Assembly: GCF_024508875.1 (NCBI RefSeq)
Contig: NZ_JANINU010000355.1
Span: forward strand, 1,027-65,026
DNA length: 64,000 nucleotides
Direction: 5' to 3'
Source: Phenylobacterium sp.
GTDB lineage: Bacteria; Pseudomonadota; Alphaproteobacteria; Caulobacterales; Caulobacteraceae
Below the pieces are notes generated by a model. The model was not told the origin of the DNA. It saw only the letters and a program-made list of their open reading frames with translations, and made no database searches. Of the stretch, positions 56,202-64,000 are shown piece after piece (within the stretch, counting starts at the first letter, position 1; the number at the start of each line of letters is the position of its first letter). The position numbers and the translations under genes are program-made.

Positions 56202-57200
56202 ATGCCGCACGCAGGAACGCAGGGGGGGCGGTCCATGCCAGCGCTGACCATCGAGGACTCCGTCCGGCAGGCGTTCCAGATCATGGCCGTCGGCGGCCGT
56301 GGGGACGCTGGAGCCCTGGCCGCGGGGCTTCGGCGTGACGTGACCGGCCTTGGCCTGCGCGCGCTCGCGGCCAAGCTTCTGCATGTTTCGGTCTGCACCC
56401 CCGAACGGCTGCTCGACGTGTACGACGCGGCCGCGCATGGCTGGCTTTCAGGCCAAGTCTATCCGCCAAGCACCCGCAACACCCGGGACAACGGTCCGCC
56501 CGACGCCTTCTGGCGGGATTTCTGGAAGCTTCTCGAGGGGGCGGCCGCCGAGCGGCGCCGGGTCCCGTTCACCCGGGCGGCGATCAGGCTGACGCGCCTG
56601 CTCGACAAGCAATTGGACGAGCGCGTCGCGGCGACGGCGCTCGACTATCGCGGCGCGCGCGAGGCGGCGGCCAAGGGGCTTCTCGAACACCTAGACGTCC
56701 GCGAACTGGCTCACGCGGCTCCGAGCCACTTGGGCGGCCTCATCTATCGCGAGGCCATGCTGCGGGAGCAGCAACAAGATTGCATCCACCCGGCGGAGTG
56801 GGGGTTCGACCGGATGCCGCCGCCGCTGGGCTATCTCAACGCCCGCATCCTCGAGAGCCACGTCGCCTGGGCGGTGGTCGGCGGATACAGCCACGCCGAA
56901 CTCGACGAGCTGGCGCTGGCGGCGTTCCAGACGGCGCAATTCGGCCATCATTATTCCTCGGTGGTCCTCGCGCTCACCATGGCGACGGTGGCCATCGAGC
57001 GGCCAGCGGGGCTGGAAATCGTGCTGGAGAGCGTGTTCCGCGGCTGGCTTCACGGCCGCCAGACACCGCCTCTGCTTGGTGTGGCCTGGCGCGAGCTGCT
57101 GGACTTGCCCCTCGATGCGGTGCGTCAGGCGTTGGGCGTCGTTCCGTTCGCCTCACCGCTGGCGGCGGCCGTGCGGCTCTCGGCTCGCGGCGCTCGCTGA
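56202..57200 (+). CDS. COQ4-like protein with degenerate metal-binding motif
   Basis: ILESHVAWAVVGGY..DELALAAFQTAQFGHHYS resembles the HDxxH..GY..E..AFQ.AQ region; GGAGGG SD before ATG 56202. Confidence 0.55.
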   Translation: MPHAGTQGGRSMPALTIEDSVRQAFQIMAVGGRGDAGALAAGLRRDVTGLGLRALAAKLLHVSVCTPERLLDVYDAAAHGWLSGQVYPPSTRNTRDNGPPDAFWRDFWKLLEGAAAERRRVPFTRAAIRLTRLLDKQLDERVAATALDYRGAREAAAKGLLEHLDVRELAHAAPSHLGGLIYREAMLREQQQDCIHPAEWGFDRMPPPLGYLNARILESHVAWAVVGGYSHAELDELALAAFQTAQFGHHYSSVVLALTMATVAIERPAGLEIVLESVFRGWLHGRQTPPLLGVAWRELLDLPLDAVRQALGVVPFASPLAAAVRLSARGAR

Positions 57201-57214
57201 AGCGGAAACGAATA

Positions 57215-57241
57215 AGGCCCCGGCACGGGACACCGGGGCCT
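57215..57241 (-). terminator. Intrinsic terminator of the PEP-CTERM gene
   Basis: AGGCCCCGG-N9-CCGGGGCCT followed by TATTCGTTT on the minus strand. Confidence 0.7.
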
Positions 57242-57269
57242 CCTTCGTCGCGTCGAGTTTACGGGGTCT

Positions 57270-57929
57270 CTACGCGAGAACCATTCGGCGGCGACGCAGG
57301 GCGGCCCCCGCAGCGCCGAAGCCCAGGATCATCAGCGCCCACGTGGTGGGTTCCGGCACGGCGGTCAGCGCGCCGAGGCGGATCTGGCCGACGGCCACGT
57401 CCCCGGACGTCTGGAAACTGACGTGCGTGAACACGTCACCGTCCGTCGCCTTGAAGTTGAAGAAGCTGTTGTTCGTGATGTCCTCGAACCCAACCGGACC
57501 GGCGGGGTAGGGGTTCATGTTCTTGTCGACGTACTGGGTGAACGCCACGCCGGCGGCGTTGAAGCCTTGCAGCGTGATCGACCACAAGGTTTGCCGCGGC
57601 GCGTTGATGTTGATCTCGGCGGCCGTGAACGTCGCGCCCGGGGTCGAGATGTCGAGGTAGGTCAAGCCGCCGTCGGCGCCCGCGACCCAAACCTGGCCGC
57701 CGCCGTGGTTCGACGGGACGATCACTTCGTCGCCGGTGACCTGGACCGTCCAGCCTTCGTTGCTGAGGCCCAGGATCACATTGTCGGTCCCGGTGTCGGC
57801 GCCGTCGATCAGCACCGTGTCCAGGCTGCCGGGCAGGTTGCCTTGCGTGATGATCACCGCGGCCGACGCCGCGTTCGCCGCGGCCAGGGCCGCCGCCGCC
57901 ACCGCAGCCGTCGTAAGAAACTTCTTCAT
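57270..57929 (-). CDS. PEPxxWA-CTERM sorting-domain protein
   Basis: Signal peptide MKKFLTTAAVAAAALAAANAASA; VPEPTTWALMILGFGAAGAALRRRR. Confidence 0.93.
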   Translation of the reverse strand: MKKFLTTAAVAAAALAAANAASAAVIITQGNLPGSLDTVLIDGADTGTDNVILGLSNEGWTVQVTGDEVIVPSNHGGGQVWVAGADGGLTYLDISTPGATFTAAEININAPRQTLWSITLQGFNAAGVAFTQYVDKNMNPYPAGPVGFEDITNNSFFNFKATDGDVFTHVSFQTSGDVAVGQIRLGALTAVPEPTTWALMILGFGAAGAALRRRRMVLA

Positions 57930-58005
57930 CACAGATCCCCGTCTGTAGGTAGAGAACGAGGATACGTCGATCTCAAGATGCGCTCTCATCGCTCCCCTAA
58001 GGCGC

Positions 58006-58042
58006 GAGTCCGGGGCGTGAATCTTGGTTAATCAGTGGTTTA
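58006..58042 (-). promoter_or_regulatory. Near-consensus CtrA box next to two GANTC sites
   Basis: Minus strand TAAA-N7-TTAAC (58042-58027), one mismatch to TTAA-N7-TTAAC; GAGTC at 58006 and GAATC at 58019. Confidence 0.5.
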
Positions 58043-58221
58043 CGTGTATCGGCGTTCGCGGAGGCCGGCGCGACAACTGCGACGCCCACGAGACGATGGG
58101 CAGGGCCCATCGACCAGCTACACGCCGATCAAGCCTTGCTCGGCGTCGGCCCTGCGCAAAATTCTGCGAAGTCTCGCGGCGCACGAGAACGCCAGATGTA
58201 CGCCGCGAGGCGACTCTTGGG

Positions 58222-58866
58222 CTACCTCGTCCTGTTGGGGCTCAGGAAGTCCGACGCGTTGAAGCCTTCCGGCGCGGCGACCTCGACGATCGGATCTTCG
58301 CGGTTGTCGTACTCCATGCGCAGGGCGCGGGTGATCACGGCGTGCATGGCGTACAGGGTCGTGATGTACGTGAACTCGAAGATCTCCTCGTCGCCCCAGA
58401 AGGTGCGGAGCTTCTCGAACACCTCAAGCGGGGTGCGGCCGTCGCCCGAGGTCAGGCAGTCGGCGTAGGCCAGGACCGCGCGCTCCTGGTCGTTGTAGAC
58501 CTCCGACACCTGCCAGTGCGGGATGGCGGCGATCTTCTCGTCCGAGACACCCAGGCCACGTAGCGACTTGCAGTGCTGGGAATAGACGAACTGGCTGCCC
58601 TTAACCCATCCGGCGCGGGTCTGGCCCAGTTCGCGCAGGACGGGGTCCAGCTTGCGGTCGGGGTGGCGGTAGACCGCGAAGCCGTCGACGGCGTGCTTGA
58701 AGATGTCGGGCGCGATGGCGAAGACCGTCCACCAGTCGCCGGGCGTGCCGGTGGCGGTGCCGGGGCTGGCCACCGGGTCGCGGTCGGGGCCGAACAGGCG
58801 GTCGTAGTAGGCCTTCACGACCTCCGAGGTCACTTCGGCGCGGGGGATCTGCTTCAGGACGGGCAT
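58222..58866 (-). CDS. Carboxymuconolactone decarboxylase/AhpD-like protein
   Basis: LDPVLRELGQTRAG..SQFVYSQHC..ERAVLAYAD pattern. Confidence 0.8.
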   Translation of the reverse strand: MPVLKQIPRAEVTSEVVKAYYDRLFGPDRDPVASPGTATGTPGDWWTVFAIAPDIFKHAVDGFAVYRHPDRKLDPVLRELGQTRAGWVKGSQFVYSQHCKSLRGLGVSDEKIAAIPHWQVSEVYNDQERAVLAYADCLTSGDGRTPLEVFEKLRTFWGDEEIFEFTYITTLYAMHAVITRALRMEYDNREDPIVEVAAPEGFNASDFLSPNRTR

Positions 58867-58885
58867 CTGAGGTTTCCTCGAAATT

Positions 58886-59275
58886 TCAGGCGTATTTGCG
58901 GAATTCGGCGACCCGGGCGGAGTCGAAGTACTCGTCCAGGCGGGTGATCTTGCCGTTCTTCACGGCGCAGACGATGCAGGCCGGCAGGTTGACGCGCACG
59001 CCGTCCTGGACGCGGGTTCCGCGCAGGACGTGCTGCTGGACGAAGCCGCCGGGAAACACCTCCACCCGGCGGTCGTCGTACACGCGGTCGACGATGCGGG
59101 TGACCATGCCGGCCAGGGTCTTCCTGTTGTCTTCCGGGCCCTGGATCAGTTCGTCGGTGTTGTGCCAGATCTCGGCGTCGGGCGCGTAGCACGCCACCAG
59201 GCCGTCGATGTCGCCCGCTTCCACGCAGTCGAAGAAGCGTTTCGCCAACATGCGGATGTCGTCGAGCTCGGACAT
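58886..59275 (-). CDS. SnoaL/NTF2-like (ketosteroid-isomerase-like) protein
   Basis: FFDCVEAGDID..YAPDAEIWHN..GKITRLDEYFD. Confidence 0.88.
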   Translation of the reverse strand: MSELDDIRMLAKRFFDCVEAGDIDGLVACYAPDAEIWHNTDELIQGPEDNRKTLAGMVTRIVDRVYDDRRVEVFPGGFVQQHVLRGTRVQDGVRVNLPACIVCAVKNGKITRLDEYFDSARVAEFRKYA

Positions 59276-59298
59276 GGGTGTTCTCCTCTGAAGGGGTT

Positions 59299-60192
59299 CT
59301 AGCGGCCGACCGCCACGTTCATGCGCTTGGCGCCGTTCGCCGCCACCAGGCTCGCGATGTCGTCGCCCGGATAGGCCGGGTCGGCGGACTCCCCGAAGGC
59401 GGCCAGCATCTCGGCGAAGCCGGCCTCGGCCATGACCTTCCACTCGGGGTGGGTGAAGATAAAGAACTCGCCGGCTTCGATGGCGCGGGCCACCCGCTCG
59501 CCGATGGGGCCGGGCGCCATGCCCCCGGCCAGCACCCCGGACATGTTCTGTGCCGTCTGGGCCGCGGCGCCCTGCTCGCTTGCGCCGGGTCGCAGCTTGG
59601 CGGTGGTGGCGACGATGTTGGTGGCGGACATGCCCGGGCACAGCACCGAGATGCCGACGTCGGTGTCGGCCAACTCGTTGCGCAGCGCCATGGCGATGCC
59701 CAGGGTCGCGAACTTCGAGGAGATGTAGGCCACCGAGATAGGCGGCGGCACGATGGCGACCATCGAGGCGGTGATGGCCAGGTGGGTCGGCTCGCCCGCC
59801 GCCTTCATGCCGTCCAGGAACGTGCGGCAGGCGTAGAGGTGGGCGTGGGCGTTGACGGCATAGGCCCAGCGCCAGACGTCGGTGTCGTAGGTCTCGAACT
59901 TGCCGGAGCCGCCGCCGACGCCGGCGTTCGACAACAGGATGCGGACGTCGCCGAACTTCGCCGCTTCCTCGCCGGCGCGCGCCCAGTCGGCCTCCTCGGC
60001 CACGTTGAGCTGCAGGCCGATGGCGTCGGCGCCTTCGGCTCGCAGTTCGGCGGCTGCGGCTTCGGCCCGGGCGCCCTCGATGTCGGCCAGGATCGGGCGG
60101 ACGCCGCGTTTCGCCAGCGCGCGGGCGGTCTCCAGGCCAATGCCGCTGGCGCCCCCGGTCACGAAGGCGGTCTTGTCCTGCAGGTCCTTCAT
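59299..60192 (-). CDS. Short-chain dehydrogenase/reductase (LigD-like architecture)
   Basis: TGGASGIG, SNAGV, YISSK (YxxxK), VLCPG. Confidence 0.9.
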   Translation of the reverse strand: MKDLQDKTAFVTGGASGIGLETARALAKRGVRPILADIEGARAEAAAAELRAEGADAIGLQLNVAEEADWARAGEEAAKFGDVRILLSNAGVGGGSGKFETYDTDVWRWAYAVNAHAHLYACRTFLDGMKAAGEPTHLAITASMVAIVPPPISVAYISSKFATLGIAMALRNELADTDVGISVLCPGMSATNIVATTAKLRPGASEQGAAAQTAQNMSGVLAGGMAPGPIGERVARAIEAGEFFIFTHPEWKVMAEAGFAEMLAAFGESADPAYPGDDIASLVAANGAKRMNVAVGR

Positions 60193-61502
60193 GCGGCGGC
60201 TTCCTTGAGAGCGGCTTCGGCGTCGCGGCTCACGACACGTGTCACGGCCCAGTAGCCGAGGGCGGAGAGCACGGCGACAGGCGTCGCGCAGAGCAGGGCG
60301 GTGCGCAGCGGCGCCTCGGCGCCGGCGGCCGACAGCGCGTCGCTGACGATGCCGATCACCAGCGGCCCGCCGCCCAGCCCCACGATGTTGAAGGCCAGCA
60401 ACACGAGCGCCGTGGCCGTCGCGCGCGCGTTCACGGGCATCAGGTTCTGCACCAGCGCCAGGACGGGGGCGGTGAACATCGTGCAGGCGATCATTGGGAC
60501 CAGCATCAGCAGCAGCGAGACCTGCCAGGACGAAGCCATCACCGCCAGCGCCAGGGTCGGCGCGGTGACCAGCACCGCCAGGCCGGGGACATAGGCGAAG
60601 GCCCGCAGATCGCGCTTGCCCAGCCAGTTCACGAGGGCTCCGCCGCCCCAGATGCCGAGGCCCATGCAGAGCCCGGCGGCGGGCCCGAACCACTTGGCCA
60701 CTTCGCCGAGTGGCATCTGCTGCACGCGCATCAGATAGGCCGGAATCCAGTTCAGCATGCCGTAGCTGACGAAGGCCGAGAGGCCGCTGGCGAGCAGCAG
60801 CAGGCGCAGGCTCGGCCGCGACATGAAGAGTGCGAGCGTGGGCCCGAGTCGGGCCGGCGCCTGTGGCGTCGCGGGGGCCGGGTCGAGCGCGCCGCGTATG
60901 GGCTCGCGGACGAACAGGGCCAGCAACAGCGCCGCGACGGCGCCGATGGCGGCGACCATCACAAAGGCTCCGCGCCAGCCGTACTGTTCGGCCGCCCAGC
61001 CGCCCAGGCTGGCGCCCACGAAGACGCCGAGCGGACCGTTGCAGGTGAAGAGGCCGATCACCGCCGCCCGTTGGGACGGTGGGTAGTAGTCGGCCAGGAT
61101 CGAGAGCGAGGGCGCCGTGCCGCCGGCCTCGCCGACCCCCACCCCGAAGCGAGCCAGGGTAAGCTGCCAGAACGACCCTGCCAGCGAACAGGCGCCCGTG
61201 AAGCCGCTCCAGATGAGGCACGCCAACGCCACCAGGCGGACGCGGTGGACCCGATCCGCCAGCATCGCGGCGGGCACGCCCATCACCGCGTAGAACAGCG
61301 CGAAGGACAGGCCGGTCAACAGGCCGAGCTGGGTATCGCTGAGATGCAGTTCCTGACGGATCGGCTCGGCCAGGACGGAGAGGATCTGGCGGTCGACGAA
61401 GTTCACCGTGCCGACCGCTGTCAGCAGCAGGAGCGCCAGCGTCCGCCCCGGGCGGGCCGTGGCGACGGGTGGGCTGATCGCGGCTGTGGCGGCCTGGTCC
61501 AT
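60189..61502 (-). CDS. MFS transporter (spinster-like)
   Basis: NFVDRQILSVL, MLADRVHRVR, GVGEAG; paralogue of 52078..53388. Confidence 0.9.
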   Translation of the reverse strand: MDQAATAAISPPVATARPGRTLALLLLTAVGTVNFVDRQILSVLAEPIRQELHLSDTQLGLLTGLSFALFYAVMGVPAAMLADRVHRVRLVALACLIWSGFTGACSLAGSFWQLTLARFGVGVGEAGGTAPSLSILADYYPPSQRAAVIGLFTCNGPLGVFVGASLGGWAAEQYGWRGAFVMVAAIGAVAALLLALFVREPIRGALDPAPATPQAPARLGPTLALFMSRPSLRLLLLASGLSAFVSYGMLNWIPAYLMRVQQMPLGEVAKWFGPAAGLCMGLGIWGGGALVNWLGKRDLRAFAYVPGLAVLVTAPTLALAVMASSWQVSLLLMLVPMIACTMFTAPVLALVQNLMPVNARATATALVLLAFNIVGLGGGPLVIGIVSDALSAAGAEAPLRTALLCATPVAVLSALGYWAVTRVVSRDAEAALKEAAA

Positions 61503-61633
61503 CTCACTCCCAACGGCGTCGTGTCGCGCCTTGCGGGCCACCCTATGGCGGGGTCCCCTAGTGTCAATCAAGTTTACGGTTCAATCCGCTGCGGGCTAGG
61601 CTGGCTGCAACGAGAGCAAGGGAGTTGGACGCC

Positions 61634-62419
61634 ATGGAGATCGAGGGCAGGACGTGCGTCGTCACCGGTGCGGCCGCGGGCATCGGCCGCGCCGCAGCGC
61701 TCGCCTTCGCAGCGAAGCGGGCCAGCGTGATCCACATCGCCGATGTGGACGAGCCAGGCATGGCCGAGACGATCCGTCTGATCGACGAACTTGGCCTCCA
61801 GACGCGCGCCCGTAGCTGGATCGTCGACCTGGCCGACTTGAAGGCCGTTCAAGGGTGGATGGCCGCGCTGGCCGACGAGGGCGGCTACGACGTGCTGTAC
61901 AACAACGCCGGCGTCGTCCTGGGGACGCCGCAGTTTCCCGATGCGCCGGTCGAGCGGCTGCAGTGGATCATCGACGTGAACCTGACGTCGCTGGTCGCGG
62001 CGACCCAGATCGCGGCTAACGCGATGCGGGCGCGGGGCGGCGGGGTGATCGTCAACACCGTCTCGACGGTGGCGCTGGGCAAGGGCTTCTCGGACGTGAT
62101 GTACGCGACCACCAAGGCCGGGGTGATGATGTTCACCCGCAGTTGCGCCAGCCTGAAGGAGAGCTGGAACGTCCGCGTCTGCGGCGTGCTGCCGGGGCTG
62201 ACGAAGACGCCGATCCTGAAGAAGACCGGGGCCGACGGCGACTACGCGCCGTGGATGGCGCCGATCCTGGCCAACAACGCCATGTGCATGCCGGAGGACA
62301 TCGCCGCGGCGGTGATCGACCTCGTCGAGGACGACAGCCTCCCCGGCGGCGACTGGGTGGCCGTCCGGCACGTCGACGGGAAGATCGAACGCCAGTGGGG
62401 ACATGACGAGGGCGGCTGA
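61634..62419 (+). CDS. Short-chain dehydrogenase/reductase
   Basis: TGAAAGIG, NNAGV, YATTK, VLPG. Confidence 0.9.
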   Translation: MEIEGRTCVVTGAAAGIGRAAALAFAAKRASVIHIADVDEPGMAETIRLIDELGLQTRARSWIVDLADLKAVQGWMAALADEGGYDVLYNNAGVVLGTPQFPDAPVERLQWIIDVNLTSLVAATQIAANAMRARGGGVIVNTVSTVALGKGFSDVMYATTKAGVMMFTRSCASLKESWNVRVCGVLPGLTKTPILKKTGADGDYAPWMAPILANNAMCMPEDIAAAVIDLVEDDSLPGGDWVAVRHVDGKIERQWGHDEGG

Positions 62420-62435
62420 GCTTTCCCCATCAGGG

Positions 62436-62543
62436 CTCGTCATGGCCGGGCTCGTCCTGGCCATCCAGATGCGCTGAACGTCCAGGCAGATCCGCCGAGC
62501 ACCCGCGCGTCTGGATTCCCGGGACGAGCCGGGCGACGACGAG
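62436..62543. repeat. REP-like palindromic element (GTCATGGCCGGG..GGCCATCC / GGATTCCCGGGACGAGCC type)
   Basis: CTCGTC..GACGAG ends, two arm hairpins, inner inverted repeat ATCCAGATGCGC / GCGCGTCTGGAT; lies between convergent genes. Confidence 0.7.
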
Positions 62544-62562
62544 CCGGAGGGCGCGCTTCGGC

Positions 62563-63276
62563 TCACGCCTCCGCGCTCTTCAGCATGTTCTCGCCGAAGA
62601 GGTTGGACCACTGCTCGGGCGTCAGCGTCGGACGCAGGCTCGCGAGGTTGGGGGCGTTCTTGACCTCGGTCCCGCGCTGGACGGCGGGGCGGTCGCCGAC
62701 GGCGGCGAACCAGCGGCCGATGTGCGCGTAAGGCGCGAGGTCCAGGGCGATGGCGCGGGTCGCACGCACCCAGGGCCAGGCTGCCATGTCGGCGACCGAG
62801 TATTCGCCGGCCAGGTATTCGGCATCGGCCAACCGGCGGTTCAGCACCGCCAGCAGGCGCTTGGCCTCGTTGGTGTAGCGGGCGACGCCATAGTCCTGGC
62901 CCTCGGGGGCATAGCGCACGAAGTGATGGGCCTGGCCGTGCGAAGGGCCGAGGCCCGACATCTGCCACATCAGCCATTGCAGGCAGAGCGAGCGGCCGCG
63001 TGGGTCGGTGGGGACGAAGGCGCCCCCTGCCTTCTCCGACAGGTAGAGCAGGATGGCGCCCGACTCCATTACGCTGAACGGGGCGCCGCCGCCCACGGGA
63101 TCGTGGTCGACGATGCCCGGGAGCCGATGGTTGGGGTTCACGACCCGGTACTCGGGCTTCAGGTGGTCGCCGGCCAGCATGTCGTACGGGATCAGCCGAT
63201 AAGGCAGGCCCGTTTCCTCCAGCATGATGCTGACCTTGTGGCCGTTGGGCGTCGGCACGAAGTGGACGTCGATCAT
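62563..63276 (-). CDS. Glutathione S-transferase, Nu-class/YfcG-like
   Basis: TPNGHKV, ESGAILLYL, WLMWQM.GLGP..GQAHHF, YSVADMA.WPW. Confidence 0.92.
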   Translation of the reverse strand: MIDVHFVPTPNGHKVSIMLEETGLPYRLIPYDMLAGDHLKPEYRVVNPNHRLPGIVDHDPVGGGAPFSVMESGAILLYLSEKAGGAFVPTDPRGRSLCLQWLMWQMSGLGPSHGQAHHFVRYAPEGQDYGVARYTNEAKRLLAVLNRRLADAEYLAGEYSVADMAAWPWVRATRAIALDLAPYAHIGRWFAAVGDRPAVQRGTEVKNAPNLASLRPTLTPEQWSNLFGENMLKSAEA

Positions 63277-63740
63277 GAGGCGCTCTCGAACCTTGCGCGG
63301 GCCGCGTCGAAAGCGGCGTCGAACGCCGCGCGCCCGCCCTGGTGGCCCGCCAGCCGGAAGGCACAGGCGACGATCTTCCACGTGGCGCCGTGGCGGCGGA
63401 AACGGTGGACGTAGGTCCCGCAGGCGAAGCCCTGCAGCTCGCCGATGAAGTGGGCCGCGTCGACGTAGGACGTCACGGTCGCCGTCTCGCCGGCGATCTC
63501 GACCTGGAAATTGGTGACCTTGTGATGGGTGGCGTCGAAGGCGCCCAGGACGCGGCAGCGGTCCGCCCAGGCCTGGGCCGGCATCTTCGTGTGGATCGAG
63601 CCGAGGGAGCTGTAGTCGACCTCGATCTCGTCTTCGAAAAGAGCGCGGAACACCGCCCAATCGCCGGCGTCCAGCGCCATGGCGTAGGCGGTGACAGCAT
63701 CGGTCAGGGCGAGGCGAACGGCGAGCGCTTCGGAATTCAC
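63273..63740 (-). CDS. SnoaL-4/NTF2-like dehydratase-family protein
   Basis: YAMALDAGDW, THHKVTN, GTYVHRF..WKI. Confidence 0.85.
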   Translation of the reverse strand: MNSEALAVRLALTDAVTAYAMALDAGDWAVFRALFEDEIEVDYSSLGSIHTKMPAQAWADRCRVLGAFDATHHKVTNFQVEIAGETATVTSYVDAAHFIGELQGFACGTYVHRFRRHGATWKIVACAFRLAGHQGGRAAFDAAFDAARARFESAS

Positions 63741-63760
63741 GCTCGCCGCCCTTCCTCGGA

Positions 63761-64000
63761 CTAGAACTTCAGGCCGCCTTCGATGGCGACGCTGCGGGTT
63801 TCCTCAAGATAGAGGATCGCGCGCGGCGCGGCGGTGATCGGTGCGGGCAGGTTGAAGGCGCTGCCGGTGGTCAGCTCGTCGGTTAGGTTCTTGCCGACGA
63901 CGGCCACGTGCCAGCGCTCATCGGTCGGGCCGTACTGCACGCGGGCGTCCAGCTTGGCGTAGCCCTTCTGGCGGCCGAACAGCGGGCTTTCGTTGTCGCT
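63761..64000 (-). CDS. TonB-dependent receptor, C-terminal fragment (runs off right edge)
   Basis: Manual translation ..GYAKLDARVQYGPTDERWHVAVVGKNLTDE..ETRSVAIEGGLKF*, ending in Phe. Confidence 0.85.
   Translation of the reverse strand, partial: SDNESPLFGRQKGYAKLDARVQYGPTDERWHVAVVGKNLTDELTTGSAFNLPAPITAAPRAILYLEETRSVAIEGGLKF

Noticed and set aside
1377-63364. Many long Arg/Pro/Gly-rich ORFs in the track (e.g. 1377..2372, 2359..3474, 7924..9096, 35912..37528, 40566..42104, 61574..63364)
   Set aside because: Antisense or off-frame shadows of real genes in high-GC DNA; no motifs and overlapped by well-supported CDSs.
1-64000. CRISPR array, rRNA, transposase or integrase
   Set aside because: No regularly spaced direct repeats, rRNA-like sequence or DDE/tyrosine-recombinase motifs were seen.

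Overview
High-GC alphaproteobacterial chromosome segment, most likely Caulobacteraceae/Phenylobacterium-like (inferred from zitP beside ftsEX, argH-lipoprotein-lysA synteny and PEPxxWA-CTERM proteins). A core-gene block at about 19-30 kb (chaC, plsC, ftsX/ftsE, zitP, hpt, lysA, argH, tlpA) and a tRNA-Met are surrounded by accessory metabolic genes. The top candidate for an undescribed system is the 12-gene locus at 37.7-49.8 kb. It contains a stand-alone class III nucleotide cyclase, a sensor-HAMP-PP2C phosphatase, an NTT/TLC-type transporter fused to HEAT repeats, two decayed sensor/phosphatase paralogues, a free cNMP-binding domain, a STAS/anti-sigma kinase pair with no sigma factor, a SET methyltransferase coupled to an atypical PLP decarboxylase, a TorF-type porin and a glutaminase. 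Other notable signals: a perfect LexA (SOS) box upstream of an orphan HNH-like toxin and DUF805-like gene pair at the left edge; a 117-bp palindromic element inserted in frame in asnB; a CP-ATP-grasp/transglutaminase/FGE operon; GANTC clusters and a CtrA-like box; and a TonB/MFS/SDR/GST/SnoaL catabolic island at 50-64 kb. All family assignments come from reading motifs by eye; no database searches were run. Start codons were trimmed from the ORF track where the true start was evident.
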